Made by a program: the position numbers and the translations under genes
Shown here: positions 1 to 7,743 of the stretch, one piece after another
Layout of the letters: each line of letters starts with the position of its first letter
How positions within the stretch are numbered: the stretch's first letter is position 1
Source: Fonticula alba ATCC 38817
Taxonomy: Eukaryota; Protista; Nucleariida
Reading direction: 5' to 3' (one strand)
Length of the DNA: 19,482 bases
Assembly (NCBI GenBank): GCA_000388065.2
Contig: KB932202.1
The notes under the pieces: model-generated
Told to the model about the DNA's origin: nothing
Seen by the model: only the letters and a program-made list of their open reading frames with translations
Databases searched by the model: none

Positions 1-149
1 CCCGCCCCGTCACACAACCCCAACCACCACACTCCATGGCATGTGCCTGCCGGGGAACGCACAGACCCGTCGCTCGGCACCTGCCAGCCCGCGCCCCCTT
101 TCACCCCCCCTCGCCCTCCCCGGTAGCACCACCCGTCGCCTGCACAACC

Positions 150-432
150 ATGGCCTTCGGCGACCTCCTGGAGTCCGGGGCCTCGCTCGTGGCCGACGTG
201 GCCCAGCGTGTGGCCCCGAAGATCGTTTTCGACCCGAGCAAAGGCTACTTCGTGGATCCGACCTTCGACGTGACGCGTTTCAACTCCGTCACCCCGGACA
301 AGGTGGCCTTCGCGGTCATCACCTCCCTCACGATCGTGGTCAACTGGCTGGTCCTGTGCTTCCTCTGGTACCGCCGGGACTACATGCCCTTCAAGGCCAA
401 GCAGCTGGACATGGTCACTTGGCTGCTGATTG
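150..432 (+). CDS. Gene A exon 1 (short N-terminus, TM1, start of TM2)
   Basis: acaaccATGg start. MAFGDLLESG...FDPSKGYFVDPTFDV...WYRRDYMPFKAKQLDMVTWLLI. Donor GTGCGA at 433 (phase 1), same position as in gene B. Confidence 0.9.
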
Positions 433-3400
433 GTGCGATCTCGCGTGCCGTGTGCCGGGTTTTTTTTTTGTCTTTTCTTCCCCGGCTCCTGCCGCGCTCA
501 TGCTCTTGGCTGACACACGGGTGCCTGCGGTGCCGGTTGCCACTCTTGGGGCCCCTCGCCCTCGGCCGATTCCAGGCGGGACGACCTTCTACCTGGCCAC
601 CTTGGTACGCCCACCCGGCCGGGGCTGCCCNNNNNNNNNNGATCCCCCACCCCGGGGGAAAGCCCACAATCCCCCCCGGCGATTGACTCCCCTGTGTGGT
701 GATCGGCCCTTCCCCATGTCGAGGAACGCCCCCGGGCCGGGCCTGCGCCGGCGGCGCTGGCAGCGGCGCCGGCAGCGCTGTTGTCAGGAGCCCCGGCCGT
801 TCGCCCGCGGCTGTACAACTGTCGAACGCCCAGCACCCTGTGCCGCCGAGAGCGGAGCCGCCCGGAACTGTCGCCAGTCGGCTGGCCATCCGGCTGGGCG
901 GCCGGTCCTCGCACCTGGCCCACCCCGGCCCGGGACTCGATCTGGGAAGGCGAAAAGGCGAGGGGCGCGGTCGTTCGGCACGGTCGGGGGAGGGGCGGGC
1001 CGGTGGGCCGGGGCGTTGCCCGCCCCCCGATCCCGCGCGGAGCTGTCACCCGGCCCCGGCGGGGCTGGACGGTCCTCCGTGTTCCGGAGGCCGACCGCGG
1101 GCTTAGGGTGCCGGACGGCTGGAGCCGAACATGCCGGCGCCCGGCCGATCTCGATGCCCGGATGTGAGACGTTGATCGGTGGGCCCCGAGACATCACCAT
1201 TCCCCCGGGCCGACACGCCGGGCCCGGCTGCGCCTCCCCCTCCTCCGGGCCCCTTTCGGCCCTTGTCGACTTCCGGCCCCGGTGCAAGGGACAAGCCTGC
1301 GCCTCAGGAGCCGTGGCGGGCCGGGGGGAGGGGGGGGGGGGGCATTTACATTGTTTGCGGACATTCTCCTCTTTCGTCCAGCCGCAAGCCCCCGGCGGCC
1401 AGCGCGGCCACCGGCCACACGTAGGGGCCCGTATTCCTGGGTCCTCTTCTACCGGGCACGCCCGGTCCCTGGGGACCGCGGTTCGGCCGCCCGGCCGCCC
1501 GGCCGCCATCCCATTCCCCAGGGGCGAGGTAGGGCGAGGGGCGAGGTGTCGGTGGGGGAAAGGGGGCCGCCAGGGTGTGCCAGCATGCTGGCATGCGTAT
1601 GGCACGTTGCTCCTCGAAGACACCGCCTCGAGGCAAGTCGCGGGGGCCGTCCGCCCAGGGTATGCGTACGTGCCGCCACGCGCGCGCCGAGTGCCCCCCG
1701 CGCGACCCCCCCGGGTGCCGAGAGGGTCGCGTGTCCCCTCCCGCCCTCCCCCCCCCTCCTCCGCTCGCTGTCCCTCGCGCAGGCACTCAGGCAGGGGGGA
1801 AGGGGGGCGAGACAGGGGGGTAGGTGGGGGGGNNNNNNNNNNGGGGGGGGGGGGGGCTGGCCAAACACGAACAGGGCGGCCCGCGGTAGGGGGGCTGTCG
1901 GCCGGACGAATGTCCGCCATGGGCGAGAGGCAGCTCCTGGCACCCGGGCCGTGGGCCGGGAGGATGGCACGACACCCGGCACCCGGGGCGGCGTGGCCGA
2001 CCGGCAGTGGTGCCGGACATGGGGCCCATCGCGCAGGGACAAGGGACATAGGGAGTGCAAAAATTGAAGACCAAAACCCGCCTATGGGGGGCGGGCCAGG
2101 GAGCGAGCCCCCGGGGCCAAAGGGGGCCATGGCGGCCGCGCGACAGCAAACACAGAGCACCCACGCGGCTCGCCGTGAGGTGGCCATCGGGCGCAGCTTC
2201 ATCTTCGCCGTTGCCTTCCGTCGAGTGCCCCTTTTGTCTCCCTGCCCCCGCCCCCCCCTTGCGCTTTTCCGTTCTCTCGCGCTCTCCCTCCCCTTGTCTG
2301 TCCGTCCGTGTGTGGGGGCCTGTCCTGCTCTCTCGCGCCTCCCGCCCCCCCTCCCCCCTTCCCGCCCTCTGCCCACGGCATCCGCCCATCCGACCCTCCG
2401 ACCGTCGGGCCTCCCCCCTCCCCTCGCCCCCCCTCTCTCCCTCGCCCTGCCCTCGCATGGTCCCGACAGAGAAGACCGCCACATGCGGCGGCTCCTCGTC
2501 TTGCCCTCCGCTCCTGCCGCCTTCTCCGAAGTTGCTGACCCCTGGAACCACGCCCCCTCTTTGCGCGCGGCCCTGTTCCCCCCCCCCCCACCCCCCCTTC
2601 CCCCTTTACCCTGCCCGGGTGCCGCCTTACTCTGTCCTGTCCATAACCTGTGTCTGTGTGCATCTGTGCGGGTGCTTTGCCGTTCGCGGCGTCTCCCCCC
2701 CCCCCCCGCCTGTGACGGTGCCTTGTGCTGCCCTCGCGTTGGGCGTCCGCTTCGTGTTCGCTCACAAAGAGGGAGTCAAGGGTAACACCACCCTCGGGGA
2801 CAACCCCTCCGGGCATGATCTGGGCTACATGTCGGCGTCCAGCTCGAACGACTCGCTCAACGACCTGGAGGCCGGGCGCCATGCGGACCGGAAGGCCGGC
2901 TATGCCGGCGGCCGCGTGTCCAGCACCCTGTCCATGGGGCCGGGCGGCGAGTCGAGCCGGCAGCTGGGCTCCGGCGGGGCCGGGTCCCAGCCGGCCGGCC
3001 AGGAGTCCATCGAGATGAGCGTCATCAACCCCGGCGAGCTGCTCATCATGACCGACTCCGGTGGGTCGGACGACGACTCCTTCGATGCCGGCGACGAGGA
3101 GGAGGAGGAGGGCACCCACGAGGGCGGCCCGGCGGGTTCTGCGGCGGCCCCGGCCGCCGTTGCCCCGGCCGGGGGACGGGCCACCCCGCCGCCCGACTTC
3201 GAGCAGGGCTCCTACCGGTGAGGCGTGCGCACGGCCGGGGCGTTGGGTGCGTGTGTGCGTGTCCTTGCATGTGCATGTGCACGCGCACCGGCACACGCAC
3301 GGCGACAAGCCCAGGCGCATGTACTTCCGTGCGCCGGCTCTCGTCGGTCGACGTGTGGCAAGGAGCGGGTCCGTCACTGGCGCGGGCAGGGGGCGGAAGC

Positions 3401-5176
3401 CCGGCCACAGTGCCGGCAGGTGCCCGTGCCGCCGAGCGCGCGCACGGGCTCCCCTTTTCCGCCGCCGCCGCCGCCGCCGCCCACTCCCCACCACGCGCCC
3501 CTAGCCCGCATCTCCCGGCGGGCGCGAGCCCCCACCGCTGTCTCTCGTCCCGAGGGCCCGCGGGAGGGGGCCAGCCTGCTCGACGAGGGAGCCCAGCTGG
3601 TCGAAAGGCGCCGGCGCAAGGAGGCCACCCGGGCGGCGGGAGCGCCATCGGGGACGCGGGAGACGTCAAAGGGCCCTGGAGTGCACAAGTATCGTGAGTG
3701 GCTGGCGGCAACCTGCCTGCAAGGGAGTATTGTGCCTGCGCGCGGTGCGGGGGGACGAGCAGCTGCCCCGATTTTTCTCTTGACCCCCGGGTCGCCGCTC
3801 TCTCGCTCGGGCCCCTCGCGCCGCAAGGGCCCGGCCTCCTGGCATTGCTGGAAGCACGCGCGCTTGTGCATGCCCCCCCTCCCCCCCCCCCNNNNNNNNN
3901 NCCCCCCCCCCGCCGCGGGGGCACCCAGTGTGGATGCTCATCAGCTTCGGCCAGGGCTTCTTCCAGACGTGCCTGTTCTTCCGCCTCCTGCGGGTGCGAC
4001 CTCCCGTCACCCCACCCACCGGGGATGAATCCCCTCGCGCACTTTTGCCCCTAGCCGCCCCATGCCCACCCTGCCATCACCCCCTCCCGCTCCCGGGCAA
4101 GGGCTCCAACTCACCCGCCTGGCCATCGCCAAAAATCAACCACAGTTGTGGATGATTTTCCGCTACAAGCGATACAACAAGTTCTGGCTCATGTTCTGGA
4201 CCGTGGTCTACTGGCTGCCGAACCTCTTCATGAACATCATCTCCAACATCCTGCGCACCTACGGCCCGATTGTCGTCGTACGAATAGCCTCCCCCTGCTC
4301 GGCCTTCGGCCTCGGCCTTGCCGGCTCCCGCCTGCCCCACCCCAACGCCGCCACCATGTCCTAATGCCTCCTCGGTGCCCTCTGCCCCTCGGCTTCAGAA
4401 CGGCGAGCTCGGCTGCTATGACCACAGCTCCATCTTCACCTTCATGCTGGCCATCAAGATTGTTGTTCACTTCGGTGTCCTCTACGTGCGCGCTCTTCGA
4501 CCAGGGGGGGGGGGGGGGGGGGCCTTTCCCCTGCCCGCCATCGATGCTGATCATGCCTGCCCCCGGCCCCCGGCCCTCCTTTTGCTGCCCGTGCTTTTCC
4601 ATGGCGCCACAGACTTTCGCCATTCTCAACCGCAAGGTAAAGCAGAAGTACTTCAACGAGTACAAGGTGACCATCATGCTGCTGCTTTCCATCACGATCG
4701 TCTACGGCATGTTCCTGGGCGTGTTCGTGCCGCGTCTGTACCGCCGGCCCTACGGCTATACCATTGTGCTGCTGATTCTGTTCGTGGTGCACATCATGTT
4801 CTGGGTCCATGTCGCCGTGCCCTTCTACCACTAGTGCGTGCTCACCGCGGGCCGTGGGCGCCCCCCCCCGGCAGCAGTGGGGCCCGCCGGAAAAGTCTCG
4901 GCCTTTTGCCCTGCCCACAAAGCCCCTGCTGACCCGGTCGCCTTCCTCTGCCCCCCCGCCCCCCCCTCCCCAGCATCTTCAACCGCGAGGAGTACCTGAT
5001 GGAATTCAGCCACAGCATGCGCCTGGACTACGACTCCTCCGAGGACAGCAAGAGCCGCAAGGAGGCCCGCAAGAACTCGACCGGCGTCTACAGTGAAGGC
5101 TCCAGTACGTGCACCTTGGCATCTTCCGACGCCCCTTCCCATCCCCAGACACGCCCTTGGCACAGCCACAGCCTCC

Positions 5177-5244
<68 letters not shown>

Positions 5245-5486
5245 TCCGCCTCCTCTCCCTGGGCAGCTCGCGCGAACACACACCCTGCGTGTTGTCTTCC
5301 CATGCTCCCCGCCCCTCCTCCAGCCGTGGTCCTGCTGCTGTGGCGGCACCTCTCGGTGGTGGGGTGGGAGCTTTCCGGCATGCGCGATGCGATGCTTTCC
5401 GGACCTTTTGCGCTTCCTTTTTTCCTTTGCCGCAGACGGTTTTCCCTCCCTCTGCCTGAGCCCAGTGTCTGTCCCTTGGCCGGTGA

Positions 5487-5537
<51 letters not shown>

Positions 5538-5800
5538 CCTGCTAGTTTGCCTTGGCTCTCCCGAGGGGCGAGGTGCTTATTGTCAAGGCCCGGGCACGAG
5601 CCAGATGCCAGTCCGCTTCGCAGGTGGGCCGCTGTGCCACACGCGAGGCTGCCGGCCTGTCCCGGAGCCCGGCCGCATGGGGGGCATAAGGCAGCCCGAC
5701 CGGATGGGAGGGGGGCGGGGGGGGGGGGGGGGGGGGAGAAGGGGGGAAGGGGGGGGGGAGTCTCCCCCGGTGTGGGACGGGGGGGGGGGGGGGGGGGGGG

Positions 5801-5862
<62 letters not shown>

Positions 5863-7180
5863 GGGGAGGACGGGAGGGGCGGGGGGGGGGGGGGGGAGGG
5901 GGGGGGGGGGGGGGCGGGGGGGGAGGAAAAAACACGGCGGAGGGGGGGGGGGGGGAGGGAGAGGAACACCAAAGAGGGAAGGGGGGGGGGGGAAAGGGGG
6001 GGAAAGGGAAAGGAAGAAAAAAAAAAAGGGGGGGGGGGGGGGGGGGGAATGGACGAGGGGGGCACCGGCCAGGGCGGGCGGAGGGGGGGCAGCGGAGGGA
6101 TTGGCGGCTGAAATATTTAATGGAGCCTGTCAGCGGCTCAGTCTCACAGCGACTCCACAGACTATGTTCCGCTCCGTGCTCTCGCGGTAGGATCCCTTTT
6201 CCTCCCTCCTCGCCTCTTGCCCCTCGCTCCTGGCCTTCCAAGCACGCAGCCACCTGTTTCCCGTTCAAGCCCCCTGCCCCCCTCGCNNNNNNNNNNNNNN
6301 NNNNNNNNNNNNNNNNNNNNNNNNNNNNNNNNNNNNNNNNNNNNNNNNNNNNNNNNNNNNNNNNNNNNNNNNNNNNNNNNNNNNNNNNNNNNNNNNNNNN
6401 NNNNNNNNNNNNNNNNNNNNNNNNNNNNNNNNNNNNNNNNNNNNNNNNNNNNNNNNNNNNNNNNNNNNNNNNNNNNNNNNNNNNNNNNNNNNNNNNNNNN
6501 NNNNNNNNNNNNNNNNNNNNNNNNNNNNNNNNNNNNNNNNNNNNNNNNNNNNNNNNNNNNNNNNNNNNNNNNNNNNNNNNNNNNNNNNNNNNNNNNNNNN
6601 NNNNNNNNNNNNNNNNNNNNNNNNNNNNNNNNNNNNNNNNNNNNNNNNNNNNNNNNNNNNNNNNNNNNNNNNNNNNNNNNNNNNNNNNNNNNNNNNNNNN
6701 NNNNNNNNNNNNNNNNNNNNNNNNNNNNNNNNNNNNNNNNNNNNNNNNNNNNNNNNNNNNNNNNNNNNNNNNNNNNNNNNNNNNNNNNNNNNNNNNNNNN
6801 NNNNNNNNNNNNNNNNNNNNNNNNNNNNNNNNNNNNNNNNNNNNNNNNNNNNNNNNNNNNNNNNNNNNNNNNNNNNNNNNNNNNNNNNNNNNNNNNNNNN
6901 NNNNNNNNNNNNNNNNNNNNNNNNNNNNNNNNNNNNNNNNNNNNNNNNNNNNNNNNNNNNNNNNNNNNNNNNNNNNNNNNNNNNNNNNNNNNNNNNNNNN
7001 NNNNNNNNNNNNNNNNNNNNNNNNNNNNNNNNNNNNNNNNNNNNNNNNNNNNNNNNNNNNNNNNNNNNNNNNNCCCCCCCCCCCTGCTATCTTCCCTCAG
7101 TGGCTCAAGAGTCCGACATCGAGCTCGGCCAGCTCCAAAAGCACGATCCCAGCCAGGACTCACATGTCTCCGCAGTCTGA
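150..7180 (+). CDS. Gene A: class C-like (7tm_3-like) 7TM orphan GPCR without Venus-flytrap; join(150-432,576-604,[~52-nt exon 3 not visible],3929-3993,4146-4277,4399-4485,4613-4833,4974-5104,7101-7180), ~359 aa; may be a chimera of two paralogs
   Basis: Hand-spliced. All visible exons have GT-AG boundaries and phases matching gene B; exons 2, 4, 5, 6 and 7 have identical lengths (29, 65, 132, 87, 221 nt). Motifs: YMPFKAKQLDMVTWLLIGG, FFRLLR/LWMIF, NGELGCYD, RKVKQKYFNEYK, PFYHYIFNREEYL. Confidence 0.8.
576..604 (+). CDS. Gene A exon 2 (29 nt, GGTTFYLATL)
   Basis: Branch CTGAC 510-514, acceptor ttccag, donor GTACGC at 605; aligns to gene B exon 2 (GGFFLNLATM, 29 nt). Confidence 0.85.
2770..3221 (+). 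CDS. Orphan coding exon, acidic and disordered (…GVKGNTTLGDNPSGHDLGYMSASSSNDSLNDLEAG…QESIEMS…DEEEEEG…EQGSYR*); probably the terminal exon of a third receptor paralog
   Basis: Strong C/G third-position bias. First AG after a long AG-free pyrimidine tract is aaAG at 2768-2769, giving phase 1 like the last exons of genes A and B. SIEMS is shared with the gene B last exon. The TGA overlaps a possible GTGAGG donor at 3219, so the exon may not be terminal. Confidence 0.55.
3929..3993 (+). CDS. Gene A exon 4 (TM3: WMLISFGQGFFQTCLFFRLLR)
   Basis: Acceptor acccag, donor GTGCGA at 3994; 65 nt, equal to gene B exon 4. Confidence 0.88.
4146..4277 (+). CDS. Gene A exon 5 (ICL2 and TM4: LWMIFRYKRYNK…YGPIVV)
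   Basis: Acceptor ccacag, donor GTACGA at 4278; 132 nt, equal to gene B exon 5. Confidence 0.9.
4399..4485 (+). CDS. Gene A exon 6 (ECL2 Cys and TM5: NGELGCYDH…FGVLY)
   Basis: Acceptor cttcag, donor GTGCGC at 4486; 87 nt, equal to gene B exon 6. Confidence 0.9.
4613..4833 (+). CDS. Gene A exon 7 (ICL3, TM6, TM7)
   Basis: Acceptor ccacag, RKVKQKYFNEYK, donor GTGCGT at 4834 (phase 2); 221 nt, equal to gene B exon 7. Confidence 0.92.
4974..5104 (+). CDS. Gene A exon 8 (helix-8-like IFNREEYLMEF plus Ser-rich tail)
   Basis: Branch CTGAC 4929-4933, acceptor ccccag, donor GTACGT at 5105 (phase 1). Confidence 0.88.
5178..5242 (+). repeat. Poly-C homopolymer (65 nt) in gene A last intron
   Basis: Read directly; the length may be unreliable. 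Confidence 0.85.
5488..5535 (+). repeat. (TG)24 microsatellite, intronic
   Basis: Read directly. Confidence 0.95.
5706..6047 (+). repeat. Degenerate poly-G/purine tract (~340 nt), possibly low-quality sequence
   Basis: Long G runs interrupted mostly by A; read directly. Confidence 0.7.
6287..7073. other. Assembly gap (787 N); other gaps at 631-640, 1833-1842, 3892-3901 (10 N each) and 12129-12403 (275 N)
   Basis: Runs of n in the sequence. Confidence 1.
7101..7180 (+). CDS. Gene A terminal exon (MAQESDIELGQLQKHDPSQDSHVSAV*)
   Basis: Pyrimidine tract plus ctcag. Phase 1 matches the 5105 donor; stop TGA at 7178-7180. ESDIEL resembles SIEM in the other tails. Further exons could be hidden in the 787-N gap. 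Confidence 0.65.
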
Positions 7181-7682
7181 GCATGGGCAAACGTGCCTTT
7201 GCTGCTGCTGCTGCTGCCGACATCCTTTGCCTCCCTGGCACCATCTCTCGCTCCCTCTCTCTCCCTCTTCTCCCTCTGTGTCTGTCTCCCGGCCTCCGCA
7301 TGTGCTTCCCCTCGGCCTCAGTTGCTCACCGCGCACGGGTGCGATCGTTGAGACCCGCGTGTGCCGACCATCGCCTGCTGCGCATGCGCGCATGATGACA
7401 AGTGCCAGGCAAGCGATGATGCGAGGGGACGAGTGGCACGGGCGGCGGTACGGCCGACAGTTGTGCGGCTGTGCCCCGCCCCTCGCCCTCTCCTCGCCGC
7501 TCCCTCCCCTCCCCCCCCCACCCCCTCTGCCCCCCTCGAAATGTGTCTCTCCCTCTGCCGCCATTCTCCCCGAGGAGTTTGGAAGGGGAAAATGCGGCAT
7601 TGGATTGATCTGATGTATGAATAATGAACCTTCAAGCCAAAAGAGAGAGCCCCTTTGCATGCCGCTCGCCTTACCCCTCCCG

Positions 7683-7683
<1 letters not shown>

Positions 7684-7717
<34 letters not shown>

Positions 7718-7743
7718 TTGTTGTTGTTGTCGTCGCCGCCGCC
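7684..7743 (+). repeat. Compound trinucleotide repeat (GCT)10(GTT)5(GTC)2(GCC)3
   Basis: Read directly. Confidence 0.9.

Noticed and set aside
2129-2225. Segment MAAARQQ…GRSFIFAVAFRR as gene A exon 3 or the start of a nested gene
   Set aside because: No TM3 Cys, non-consensus donors (GTCGAG/GTGCCC), and no convincing in-frame continuation. Cannot be supported, though it is not excluded as UTR or exon.
41-2785. 914-aa ORF and the many other long overlapping ORFs on both strands (e.g. 784-2484 -, 9714-11195 -, 17203-19317 -)
   Set aside because: Pro/Arg/Gly/Ala-rich shadow frames expected when stops are rare at very high GC. They run through N gaps and homopolymers and lack coding-like codon bias; the real coding signal is explained by spliced exons.
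3597-3693. Exon-like segment (CAG acceptor, GTGAGT donor, phase 0/1) that would fit the frame as gene A exon 3
   Set aside because: It encodes a highly charged LVERRRRKEAT… peptide with no Cys and no similarity to gene B exon 3, is 97 nt rather than 52, and its donor is off the local GTRCG consensus.
5093-6268. Poly-Pro/poly-Gly ORFs resembling extensin or formin
   Set aside because: Simple translations of intronic C/G homopolymers, which may be partly sequencing artefact.
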